Origin: Pelomyxa schiedti
Lineage: Eukaryota; Protista; Evosea
Assembly (NCBI GenBank): GCA_020536535.1
Contig: JAHLWZ010000564.1
Coordinates: 5,380-69,379, forward strand
Length of the DNA: 64,000 bases
Direction of reading: 5' to 3'
Shown here: one piece after another, positions 45,828-58,650 of the stretch
Position numbering within the stretch: position 1 is the stretch's first letter
Layout of the letters: the number at the start of each line of letters is the position of its first letter
Made by a program: the position numbers and the translations under genes
Notes under the pieces: model-generated
What the model was told of the DNA's origin: nothing
Database searches by the model: none
What the model saw: only the letters and a program-made list of their open reading frames with translations

Positions 45828-47582
45828 CAGTCTTTATGGGGTCGGCAAGGTCATAGTCAGCTATGTTGACAACAAATAGGGATTGTGAATAGCCCTCTAT
45901 CAGTGGCACTCTAAACATGTGCCATCTGTGTGGTATTTAATTCACCAATACAAAAATCAGAATTTTGATTGTTTTGTGAACTATCCCTTGGTTCTGCAAC
46001 GGTGTGATGATAGGCAATTTTTTCCCGCCTTTGTTCATGCATCGGCAAACAACACGCCACTACCGACAGCAAATGGCATAAACTGCCGGGATTTCAGTCA
46101 ATTTATTTGGTGGTGGCAGTAGTTCCCTGCGTGGACTGCGTTGTGCTAGGGAGAGTTTACAGAGAGATCTTATTTAAATCAACTGTGTGCACTACATACA
46201 TTCACCTGGAGATGTTGTTGCTTGAAAACAACCCACCCATAAATGATGACGGTTTACTTTACACCGTGTGTTTACTTGATCTTATTGTATTTGTAGAGGT
46301 GCGTGATGGCAGACGCTGCCTGACCTCATCTTTTGTAGAAAGGGATGATGAGTGGAAGAGCAAGAGATATTCTCAGTCAATTGTGTATAACCGGCTAACC
46401 ACGTAATTTACTTCTGCCATTCGTATCTATTCAGTCTTTATAGAGCAGCGCCACAGGAACTTGTGCGGTGCCGAGTGGAGGTAAATCTCACCCCTTGTTC
46501 AAGCACTTATATCACAAAGCGACAACGAATTTCTATGCACAGAGTATATTTATGCCTGTTGGAGGAAAGTTATCAGCTCTTACTTGTGGCGAGAAAGAGT
46601 TTGACACCCTCTTTCTCTGTGGACTTCTTCTCGAGCTTCAACGATCAATCTGACAGAACAATTCTTGCCAGGCTCAGGTAAGATCAAGTGACCTATTTTT
46701 TTTACAACTTCTCAGTCACGTTGGTGGATGTGAATATGCACTGCAAGCAAACAGTTCGTTCTGTTTGCCCAAAGAGAGGCCACAATTAGCAACCATTATT
46801 CGTGTATTATCTCTCTGTGTACCTACCTACTTTTTTTAACAGCTCTGCAGAGGGACAACGACATTCACCATAAATCTAGGAGAGTCTGTGTGGTATGGAA
46901 TTTTAACTTAAGAAAGAAAACCTAATTTGTAGATCGTTCCCGCATTGACAAGCACTGGTTACGCAATCAACCTCACAGGATCCCTGTTGAAACTTGCCAA
47001 GGCAGGAGTTCATGATGTACAAGTCTTGCAGTCAAAAATTCCAAGTAATTGTTATTGCGACAATTTTTCTCAATTAAGATATCCTTAGTCTGGAATGCCG
47101 ATCGAAAAGTATACGAGGTGAATACTTCTCACGCTGCTTATTTAAATTAAATGCGCTACATAGCTTTCTTTCTCTGGGAGGATAAGTGACATAGCATCGA
47201 GGAAGGCATGTGTGCTGCAATTCATTCTCGATTTCCTTATGTGAGCGGAACCAATATTTGGTTAGAACTTCCAGCTTGAGCACCCTGACCCCTTCTGTTC
47301 CAAACCGGTTCTGCAATTCGGACGCCTTTCCAAGTCTGTGTTCGCTCTTGGTTCGTACTTCCATCCCTCCACTTACTTGTAATGGGATGGATACCTGACC
47401 CTCACACTCAGATTACTCCTTCCCACTTAACCTTCTCCAAGCCTTTGCCGCCTCGGTCGTGGCGTCCGAGGTGTTTTGAACCTGCCTGCCCATTTATGTG
47501 TCATAGTCACCATCACACTACGAAGAAAGAACTTTTGTCACCTAAAATTGCTTTTTTTTTTTCTATCTGGTTGTGGGGCACT

Positions 47583-49844
47583 ATGGCGTCGTCGTACCAG
47601 CACATAGGGGGCGGGGTTCCCGTGACAGTGGTGATTATGGGTGTTAGTGTTGCCCTTGTGCTGCTGGCCAGCATCATGACGACTACGGTGGTACCAGGCG
47701 CCGCTGCGGACGCCGTCGTGGACGCGGGGGGTGCTAGTGCCGCCCCTGCTGCTGCTGGTGGTGACGACGACACTGCGGCGCCCACCGCGACGGGGACGGA
47801 CAACAACAAGAATGAGAATGAGGCTTCTGAGGCCACAACCACCAGCAGTGGCGGTGGTGGCGGTGGTGCTGGCGATGGTGAGAGCAGGACCGCGACGACT
47901 ACGACGAGGACTGAGAATGGGGAATCAAACACGGCCGATGGTGGGGCCAGCAGCAGCAGCGGCGGCGGCGGCGGCGGCGGCGGCGGTGGCCGTGGGGGGA
48001 CAGGGAAGTGGGCAACCACGGGGATGTGGCTGGGGAGTGGCCAGCCTGCTGCCGTGGACTTGGACAACCCTGCAAACTCATCAAAGAGGTTGCTTGCTTG
48101 CTTGCTTGCTTGTTGCTTGCTTGCGCTGCTAACTTTGTTGGTCTGTATTAATGGCGTTTGTTTGTTAGGATGCCCGAATTCATTGCACAGATCGAGAATG
48201 AGCTCAAGCGGTTTTACCACAAACGCGGGGAGAGCTCAGAGGGTGATGAGGATACCCAAGTGAAGCTGCGGGATGTAAGGTTCCAGTACATCAAGTATTA
48301 CGACGGGCACGATGTGTTGAAGAGTTCCTATTACGGTGAAGGTTCTCCAAAAATTTTTCCACTCTTGTTGTTGATTTTAACTAGGAGGGTATGTGCAATA
48401 TGAACTTGTGTTTGCACTTTACGTTTTTGCAACAGCAGAAACGTTCCCCAGTGCAGCCTCAAATTTACAACCTCACTGCCACAACATCACATTGTTCGTT
48501 GATCACCGCGTGGTGGGCCACGTTTCTACCCATACATGGTATCCAGGCACTTGCAGCGACGAAAATTCCTTCCCTGAAAGTAAAGGGAATGATCTATGCC
48601 AGGGCGATTCTTGCAGTAACACTGCAGCTGATTCGAGTGAGGCCGGCTGTGTCAAGTTATTGTTGTACAATATATGGAACTACTCTCCTCCCTGGGAGAA
48701 CAGACTCCATATGCTTGTAGAAGAAGTATGAATACATGACTTTTTCCACATTCTAACGCGCAGTTTTACCCAAGATAGCTTTCAATAATCCAGATGTTAT
48801 TGCATTCCAAGAGCTCAGATATTCCACATGGGAAGGGGAACAACGAATGTATCAAAACACCCAATATGGGCGACTGCAGGTTGGGAAACAAAACATAAGT
48901 TGTGTAACCACGTTGCCTAGTAGATTACACATTTTGTAGATCTCCTGGAAGATAAGCTTGGTTTCCGGTATCAATACTCCTTTCAGCCGGCCATGCTGTG
49001 TGTCTTTTTTCCGGAAAGTTGTTCTCTTACTGTCAAATAGGTACCTACACCGAATTTACACTGAAGGAACTTATGACATAGAGGGAGTTGGGATCTTAAG
49101 CAAATTCCCACTTTCTGCTATCCAATACAAACTATTACAGAAGAATATTTGGGAACCTACAGATGAGCATCAACGTGTGTGCCACGCCACCACAATACAA
49201 ACGCCACATGGACCTTTCACAGTCCTCAATACACACTTGTCACTTTCTGGTATGAATTTTTTTCCCCATGTTTCAAAATTTCTAATGCCTCTCAGATTAT
49301 TCCCGCTATAGAAATGTAGCAGAAATTTGGGAATTTTCACAGCAGCTCCCGCTTCCTCAATTACTGTGTGGTGATTTCAATTCGGAACCAACAGGAAATG
49401 CACTTAAATTCCTTACCGGAAGGGAAGCTCTTCCGGAGGAAATTACACCAACCGCCGCAACTCTTCCCGGTATTCCCCCTATCTCCCAGCCAATTCCCGT
49501 TGCCTAACTACCACGCTTTTCTCACAGATTTCAAGGATTCGTGGGAGATAACTCACCCACCAACGCAGAGTTGCACTGATGACGGCTGCCAGTACACCTC
49601 AGACCCCGGCCTGACATTCAACAGAGCCGGCAATCTCACGAAGAGAATAGACTTCCTTCTCACCCGAGGCAGAATAACACCCAAAGGTAAACAAACAACC
49701 ACCACCCCGCACCAAAAATACTAAAACTCATCAAAAACAGAAGTTCAAGTTGCTGGTGATGCATCACTCAGTACCACCAACACTGAGGGCAAACCAGTGC
49801 CACCTTCTGACCACATGCCTCTTCTCACAACCCTGTGCCTGTGA
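47583..49844 (+). CDS. endonuclease/exonuclease/phosphatase (EEP) family protein with N-terminal signal/TM segment
   Basis: KLLLYNIWN, PDVIAFQE, GVGILSKFP, VLNTHLS, LLCGDFNS, RIDFLL, PSDHMPL; hydrophobic N-terminus. Confidence 0.85.
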
Positions 49845-50076
49845 GTGAATCACCACTGGCGATTAGATCGATCTGATCAGACTCTCCCTTATAGTAAACA
49901 CACGAAACGTGCACGCAACCCCAAAAACAAACCGTTCGTTCGAAATCTGAGAAAACAGCCTAAACAACGCACGGAACCGCCTTTCGTAGTTGTGTGTTGT
50001 TGGTCATCCACCCAAAGACAACAAAACAATCACAACCCTCCTCGACCACAACGAGCCGCACCCATAATACACAACG

Positions 50077-53000
50077 ATGGCTACCACTATGACGATAAAG
50101 GGCTCCCAGGGTGTTGGCGGTGGGTGGCGACGGGGCCTCAAGTCAGTCGGCGCTACACCGACCACTGCCACCCCGTCATCGTCATCTACTGCTCCATCGT
50201 CCTCTACTACTAATGCTACGACAACGAGTGCAACCAGTGCGTCCTCGTCGGCGCCGGCTTCGACGAGCAAAGTTACTGTCAACAACAACGTGGCTGCATC
50301 AAAACTAGACGTGGTGAATGGCGGCGGTGGGGGCCGGAGTCCCATAATCACACGAAAGAACACTGTTACTGTTGTTGGTTCTGGCTCCGGTGTTGGGAAT
50401 AGTGGTGGCAGCAAAACTAGTAGTGGCGGGGCCGGTTCTGGGAGGAAATTGACAATTGCTTCTGAGAAGCCGAGCGAGGCAACTGCAGCTGTGGTTGTTG
50501 ACGTGGGGGCAACTGAGGTAGCCAAGTCAAACCCAAAGCTGAATTCCATCACTCTTTCTCAGGTATATCTTGCATGTTAAAAAGCAAATAGTATGCGGGC
50601 CAATTAATTTCTATCATACTGCTTTTATGCCAACGGACCATAACCAACGTCACGGAAAGGTTCTGAAAAATCCGGTTTATAAGGAGGCTTATTCTCTGTA
50701 TCTTGAAACAAAGCGGTGCAGTGAAGTCCTTGATTTTTATGATGCTGTTGAGTTATTAAAATCTACAGCGCATTTATTTAAGAATGAGTCTCGTGCCAAC
50801 AATTTGCGGACAGGTGAGTGCACTGTAGTTTTCAGTTACTAACCCTTCCAAGATGCCTGGAAAGAGATGGTAATGGATATATTCACGCACTTCATCTGCG
50901 AAGACTCACCGGAGCAAATTAATATTCCTGGCACTACCCTTTCTTCTATCACTGCCAAAGTGAATTCAAGTAGACAGAGTTTCCCGGCTTAAATATGGTT
51001 TGACTATGAACAACAGATAATTTCCCATTGGATATTTTTGACTCTGCCCAGGAAGAGATGCGGAAAATGATGCAGTCAGGTAGTTGTGATGATATCTGTA
51101 ACACCAAAGACCAATTTGAATACTAGATTCATTCCAGCAATTTTTGGTAACACCTACTTTCAAGCTCCTTCTTTCTACCCATCCTCTCATAGTGTCAGAA
51201 TCCGGTACACCCCTCCCTGAATTTGTCAAAAATTCACTCTGGTAGATATTACCTTCCCAGAAGTGTCCGCTCTGCCAATATGTCCCAAATGCGAAATGGA
51301 AATCGCGGTAGAATCGAAAACTTGTATTGTAAAAGACTCCCTATGGCATGCCGCTTGCGTTTCATGCATTCACTGCGATGCACCTCTTTCTGTAAGTGAT
51401 TATAGCCAGCAGTTTCCAAAGTGCTCCAGTTGTAATGTACCGTTTCTGAAGGACATCCTTTGATCAAACTAAGCTAATACAGTTATTTGATTATACCGTT
51501 TCCGCAATGCAAGCAAATGATAAAAGGGTAATTTAAATGTAATTTAATATCGAATTGACCACAGCAGATGTTTCAAGACACAACTCCATCTTGCCTCACT
51601 TGCGACCAACTCATAGATGATGAAGAGTACATTGTACGCACAACAACAGAGAGGCCGGGAGAAAGGTTCTTTTGGCACAGTAGGTGCTTCATGTGCCCTT
51701 ACTGTGAACCGCTTGATGTTCCCCCTACCCTTCCTTTTCCCTTCGAGAGTGTAACCAAAGTATGTCAAGTAGGCTACCATACTATTCAGTCACTCATCCG
51801 TTCAACTAGATGAATTTCTCTTTATCTGAAATGACTGTTACTTGCGGTTCCCATTCGACATGCCCCGCTGTTCCTTTTCACATTCCCAAAAGTAGTGCCA
51901 CCTCACCCTATTCGAAGAGAAAATAACACACTTCTCCAGGGCCCAGACAAGAAATTCTCTCCCTCAGACCTCCTCTTCAAACTCCTCACGCCCCTATCCT
52001 CTCCCTGCCTGAAATGCCTCCTAGACTATTCTCCTTCCATTCTCGCTGGCCTAGTCCTCCTCAAATTGTTCCTCCTTTGTACTTTCCACCAGTTCCACCA
52101 TCCCCGGTCCGTGCCACCAATCGGCGTGTTCCACTCACTGTAATTGTAGCTCCTCCTCACATGGCGCAAAACAATCTCCCTATCCCGATTTGTACCTGTG
52201 TCTTCGGGTAAATATCCCTCTTACATTCCTATTCAATAACCTCGATACATAGTAATGAAGCCAAGTGCCCCTGCAGCCCTTTGCAGCACCTATCGCACAA
52301 AGTTGATTCCTCAAACCCTTCCTCTCCCGCGCCAATGCATTTTCGTTCACAATCCGTGTGTCCTGTCAGAGTTACTCCAACAGCCTTGCTAAGCCTGAGG
52401 CACCAAAGAAGAGGCAATACTACAGCTCCTGGTACAATTCCGGCCTCGCACCCTCCTCGTCTCCCTGTTCAACCGCCTGCACTCCTTGTGGAATCAATTC
52501 CTATTCCACCCCAACCATGTAACTATAATAACCCTAAAGTTCACGCTCCAATTTCCCCAGAATGCATGAGGGGGCTAAATCCTCAACCCCCATTGATAAA
52601 AGGTACAAGACCACCACTATCTATCATGATCCGGCCTTCCAAAACAACTATGGAGCTAATTCCACCCCCCAGCCAATGTGAAAACATTAGACCGCCGTCA
52701 TCTGCTATGACTGTACCCCTATACACACTAGTGGCTCCTCCCCCAACAAAAAGGTTTCAAGTTCAGGTACCTGAGAATGTGGAACTTCCAGAACCAAAAA
52801 AAATTCAACAAGAAACAGTCCAAGTGCACTCCCAGGAGTTGGCCTTACAACCCAAATTGCATGAAGTAGTCAACATCAAACCTACGAAACTCTCTGCAGT
52901 TCATGTGGAGGCTGTAGCTGATGATGGGAATGATGACTATGCCCAATTCCAGGCCTCACTCCACAGTACCCCAAAAAGAAGATCACGAGAGGAGAAAGAA

Positions 53001-54245
53001 AGAGCTCTCGCTGAAACCATACCCCTCGAATCTCAGCTTGAAGTAATTCAGCAATTGCAGCAACAACAGCAAAAAATCACGCAGCTGCAAAGAAGAAAAT
53101 CTAACATGTACAATCACTTGACTTCGGAACAACTCAAACAAGAGGCTGTTGTACAGTTTCACCAACTTCGAAAACAACAAGAGGAACGCCAACGTCTGCA
53201 CCAGCAGCTATTGAAGGACAACAGAATAAGGAACAAGATACTGAAACACAAGCAACGCCGGCAGTCTTCTTTGAAGGAACTTCTCACCGACGTAGAAAAC
53301 CTACCAGAATCAGTTGTCCAACAACCAGAAACCGGTCATGCCTCAACCGAATATGTGCAGCAAAGAGAGCAAGCCTCTTTTTATAAAATGCTACAGTCTG
53401 CACTGTCAGCCCAACCACCGCCACGTCCAGATATCTCAGCTGTTTTCACTTCCACCAATTCCAACTCAACAAATTCCACGAGTCCCACCCAGCCTCAGAC
53501 ACCAAGGTCACAGACCCCTCCTCCTCAGGTCCTTAAACCACAGGGGTACAGCACCGCAACCGTCAAGGCTCCACCGACAACAGCTTCAGCCAGTCCGCCT
53601 TCCACTCACTTAAGAAATAGCAGTGTGGTGCCTCCAGGCTCCACCAACACAGAAAACTGTATGTCATGTAACAAGCCTGTGACCGCTTCCACACCCCATA
53701 AATTTGTATGTGATTTCTTCAATTCTGTAAAACCAACACAAACATAGATTCCTGGTCTAAACCGGCGAGTGCATAACGACTGCATTTTATGCGTTACCTG
53801 CGGTATCAAGATTCCATCTAGTTTCGGCATGGTATGGCTCTTAAAAATATATCTGACCAGTGTCATTATGCCGCAGCCTATACTATTATAATTGTCTTGC
53901 AAAGCGCACCAAAAATTCACCAAAAATACAGACCGAAGGCAAATTCTACTGCACTGGTTGTTATTCCCGGCGGATGCAGAACACCGTGTGCTTTGTATGC
54001 CATGAACCAATTCCGGCTTCTTCATTTGCTGTGAATGCCGAAGGAAAACACTGCCACTCCAAGTGCTTTTGTTGCTCCCTATGCAAGGTAGACAAATCAT
54101 CCTTTTCGCAAACAAGTACTCATTATTTTGAAAGGCACCTTTTGGAGACATGTCATTCACCAAACTTAGGGACAAATTCCTGTGTCCCTCTTGTCACACC
54201 AAGGTCATTACACTACTTCAATCACGCCAGGAACATAGACTGTAA
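50077..54245 (+). CDS. RGS domain + multiple LIM domain protein
   Basis: RGS: VLKNP..YL....SEVLDFYDAVE..IFTHFICEDSPEQINIP..L..DSFQQFL. LIM fingers: CPKC..WHAACVSCIHC, CLTC..WHSRCFMCPYC, CMSC..VHNDCILCVTC, CFVC..HSKCFCCSLC. Confidence 0.8.
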
Positions 54246-54328
54246 CACTAATCACTCCAAAAATAAGAAATTTTGTGTATCAATACCTGAGGTGAACAAA
54301 ATGGAATTTTTTGTGTTTTTAAATACTT

Positions 54329-56926
54329 TTACAAGTCTGTAGGGCCGGGTTTAGTGAAACAGAGAACGATAAATGGACTGGTAGTGGGATTGTATTCTTC
54401 ATCGTTGTATCCACCAAGGGTCTTGGTGAGTTCTAGGCCACATTCCTCTGCCGTGTCAATCAGTTCTTGCTTTTCAACCAGTTCGAACTTGATGGGTAGT
54501 GAGACACTACAACCTCGGGCACAATCCACATAGTACTGTTCGCCAGTTGCTATCCGGCTGCATTCAGATAGTTCCCCCTTGGAATATACCTTGTTGGGAT
54601 ATCACATTCAATTGCCGGGTGTTGTGAGATTGGTACCTCGATGCTTCCGGAAGTGTGAATCAGCCTCAGCTAGTTCCGGGTCCTTTGGTTCAGTTCCGGA
54701 TTGGCTAATATTCTTGTACGATTCCCGCTTGACTGTAGGATTGTGCAGAGTGAGAATCAGAGTTCCATGCGGAGCTAGATGCCGAGCAAGAGCAGTAACT
54801 GTCATAGTGCGGGATGACATTTCCAGGAAATACTATTCAAAGCAATAAATACAAGTCCGAATTTTGAATTTTCTTTCACCAAGGTCCAGCTTTCTGGCAT
54901 CCTAAGGAGGGTTAAATTAAGCAGGTACGGTTTATTGGATTCAACCTGGTACATAGTTTCAATGATTCCCCTAGGGGAAACGTTTGTGGCTTTTTCACTA
55001 AGCTTCCGAAGCATAGAGTTGCAATAGTCTACTGCAACAACAACACGGTGCGCAGCGGCTCCATCAATTGCCAAGGGTATAGACACTCTCCCAGTGCCGG
55101 CCATTACTTCGAGAATCTGGTTGTTTCCACAAGAAGTGCATGCCTCTCTCGCCATCCTTTTCCAAAATGGAAGATCGATGGCGGAGACTTTGTCAGCAAG
55201 AATATCGTAGTAATTGTCAGCGATAGAGTCCCAGTTGATGGTCTTGCCAGACATCGAATTGACCCTGTCCAGAAATTGGCACCTATCACATACTAGCCCA
55301 GTCGCCATGCCCACATCTGAGAGGTTCGTGTTATTTAGCAGGATAGGATGTACCCTCTGCAATTGGTTGCATTCCAAGTTTCGCGTAAGTGCCCATAGGA
55401 TCCTCTTGACATCCGGCTGCCAGTGGAATACCACAATGCAAGCAATTTTCTCTTCACACTCTGTCTGTACAAGTGCTGAAGTAAGATTAGGCATAAGTGT
55501 TGAAGAAGTGGGAAGTGCGGTACCAGAGTAAGCAGAGTGTCGCTCGGCGAGGCTACGTGTATTAATAGGTTTCATACAAAGTGCTTCACAGTGTCTACGC
55601 CAACCTCTTCGATGTTGATCTGATACATTCTTCCAAGTGCGGCACACAAGTCTCATCTTACAAAGGTCAAACATGTCTAGCCATTCGAATATCTGTAAGC
55701 AGCAAGCATTATAACTGCTACCTGAGATTGATGAAACTCACACCTCTGACCAAAGAGGAAATGCAGAGGACAGTTCAGAGGTGCAAAGGACTCCTGGTTG
55801 TGGTGGGTATACAATGGTAGCCCTCACCGCGGAAGGCATCGAGTAACACAAGGAAAATTCAGCTGGAGGCCAATCAAGATTCACTGGGACAGAGATGCGC
55901 TTTAGCTTAAATTGATCTAGCATCGAGAGTAGAAGAAAGATAGGTTTTTCTCTGAGTGGTTCTGATTTAGAAACAGAAGCTAGTAATGAAGCGGCATCAT
56001 CAAGTCTGATACAATGTGACAAAAAGAAAGATGAAAAAAGAAATAATACTGTGGGAGTGAGTCAGCCGTGAGCTCATCATAGCTAGTTAAGGATACAAAG
56101 AATAGGACAGCGGAGACATCGTCATAACTAGAATATATAAATCGACACGAAGTTGAATATTCATCCACCAGTGGATCCATTTCTTGCGTTGGGGAGGAGT
56201 CCCTCCCACATCAAGAACTAATACTCCGCTTCCTTCAATGTCCATTTCCCAGGTGTGAATTCCAGTACTGGGAATTCCAGAACTCAGAACTTCCCAGATT
56301 GTAGTAAGAGGAGAATGCTGGGATAGCCTCCAAAGGAGATCTGATGATGAAACGAAACTAGCTAGAGGTGTTAGGTGAAGTCCCAGTTCATGATACTTGA
56401 AGAGCAAGCAGTCAGAGAAAAAAAATGAAATAATGAAAGCAGACATTAGTGAGGATAGATTTAACAGCAGGGTCATTTTTCAAAAGGTCATACAACTTGG
56501 AGAATGTACTTGTATCCAGTGACCCTAAGCATTCTAAAATCTTACAGGAATGTTGAGGAGTAACAACAGCAAAACACTTAGATACAAAAAACAAAAAAGA
56601 AAAGCATAAGCACTTACATCAGGTGGCAGCAACCCTGGCTTCTGAATGTTTAATGAAACAAAGAGATTCACAACACTGGCCCTGAGTTTGAGCACACTTC
56701 CATCAGAGTGCATTGTCCCATAACGGTTTTGTGCCCCCTCAACGCACCCATACAAATACCCAAGTGCCCGAAAAAATGTACTGAGTCGTGTGAGTGAGCG
56801 ACGGACTTCTTCTAAGAAAAACACAAGAGTAGCCAACTATGCACACGATTTTCCAGTTGACTGAGGTCCCAAAAGTACCACCTTTTTGCGCAGTACTCCA
56901 CCACCGTCACCTTCCCCGTCCATCAT
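54329..56926 (-). CDS. divergent heterotrimeric G-alpha-like protein with F-box-like insertion, in frame with a class I SAM methyltransferase
   Basis: Spliced P-loop KVVLLGPQSTGKS|TFFRAL, then STGIH, LDVGGTPPQRKKWIH, AVLFFVSLTSYDE, PIFLLLSMLD. F-box-like IFEWLDMFDLCKMRLVCRTWK. Methyltransferase motif I ILEVMAGTGRVSIPLA and VAVDY...ML. Confidence 0.7.
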
Positions 56927-57017
56927 CAAACGCCCCGAAAACCACCAAATTCAAAAAAATTGCGGCGATTCAAACATCACACGGAGAAGGCCTTGTTGTT
57001 GTTCCCGCTTGCTTCCC

Positions 57018-58556
57018 ATGAGCGCGAGCGCAGCGGTTGCTACTCGTACTAGCAGCAGCAGCGGGGAGGGGCGTGGAGCCACGAGGGAGGCACCAGCCAC
57101 TGCTGTTGCCGCAGGGACAGGGACAGGGACACAGGGGAACCACCTCGGGGAGCAGGTGAGCGGGCAGGGGGTCAGGGCGGCGCTGGACTGGGTCACGGCC
57201 CTGGGTGTTAGGAAGGGGGAGGGCGTGGGGGAGCGGGAGGCCCCCCCTGCTGCCGTGGCCCCGTGCGGGGGGCGCGGGGGGCCGGGGCAGCGGCTGGGGG
57301 TCGGGGGGGACTATGCGGCGACGTGGGGGAGCTGCCTGAGGGTGTGCCTGGCCTGGTACTCCCTGCTCATTCCCCTCAGAAAAAGTACTCTTTTTCCCTC
57401 TATGTTATTATTACTTACTACGTTGGGACTCCTGGTGTCTTGTGATATAAGTAGATTATTATTAATATAGTGGGTGGATTGGGGTTTCGCTATCTTACGC
57501 CCAAAACTCTAGAGTTTTCTTTATTATCTGAGGAGTATGTAAACAGTTATGTAGCGCGGGATTTGTTGGCGTGCTTCAAGCCACGCAATGCACAAGTCAC
57601 TGTGGATGAGGAGCGAATGGCCTCCATTCTTGACGGAATGGGGACAAAGCTGCGTGCAATCAACTTTGGGTCCGTTTTCTTCCCGTTAAGGGACTTTGGG
57701 TCTGTTCTTCTGATACTCACACAAATATAACAGAGTTGAATCCGACACTGGAAGGTCAGGATTGCTGCTTTTCAAAGCCATACGCCGTTCAAGTGTCGGT
57801 GCTGTCGGCTTGTTGCTGAAGCATGGTGCAAACCCTTATATTAAGACCAAGGGCGGGAAATCGGCCATATCTTTGGCCCAGACGAAACAAATACAAGAAC
57901 TGATCGAGAATGCATCCAAGAGCTGCATAAAGCCAATGGACCCTCCGTGGATCTGCATTACCAGTCAGCCATATGGAAGAGGTACTGATGACTGGAGCGG
58001 CTCTCCATGCTTCTTGGGTGATGGCAGAGTTACATGCGCACTGACCGGCGTCTCTCTCTCTGTTTCTGATGTGAGACCTGGAATGAAATTGCGCGGGCCT
58101 CCGCGGAATACTCTCTCTGCGAAAACAACAATATCCCAAATACGCAGAATTGAGCGCACTCCCGTCGAGAAAGTGATGCAAATCGCTTTTGTCAACTCTT
58201 TGGGCCTCACGCCGGAACATAGAATCATGATTCCAAAAAAGGGGTACTTGACCGGTGCTCACAAGGTCTCACTCTTACCCGTAACAGAAATAATGACAAT
58301 AAAGAAGAACCTGATTGGGTGAAAGCTGGCGATGTTGGGGAACTGTCAAGTGTGTTTGTCAAGGAACTATTCAACTTTGAACTTGAAAAGGTGAGTGATA
58401 TCAACCTATGTACCCAATTCTCATTTCCTTTCAGGATGAAGAGAATGAACCCGCATCAGTGCTGATAAACGACCTACAAGTTTCTACGTGAGTCATCATT
58501 CCATTATTTTCCTTACCCCTTACAGTGTTACAACCCCCTTTACAAGGAAACACTGA
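57018..58556 (+). CDS. ankyrin-repeat protein with C-terminal Hint (Vint-like) domain
   Basis: Ankyrin LLFKAIRRSSVGAVGLLLKHGANPYIKTKGGKSAISLA. Hint block A CFLGDGRV (Cys at 58008), block B LGLTPEHRI, block F LFNFELE, and a terminal SVLINDLQVST. Confidence 0.75.
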
Positions 58557-58650
58557 AATCAATTTCTTTTTGATAGACATAAGAAATACTGTTTGTTATT
58601 CCTCCCTTTTCTTTCTTACAAGTTATGTGCATGTGTTCTGCTTCTGTGTG

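Noticed and set aside
45900-47400. Possible small multi-exon gene between the MATE and EEP genes
   Set aside because: Only short ORFs and scattered splice-like sites; no consistent model or recognisable motif could be built.
58008-58490. True protein-splicing intein or mobile homing element
   Set aside because: No terminal His-Asn followed by Cys/Ser/Thr, no homing endonuclease and essentially no C-extein.
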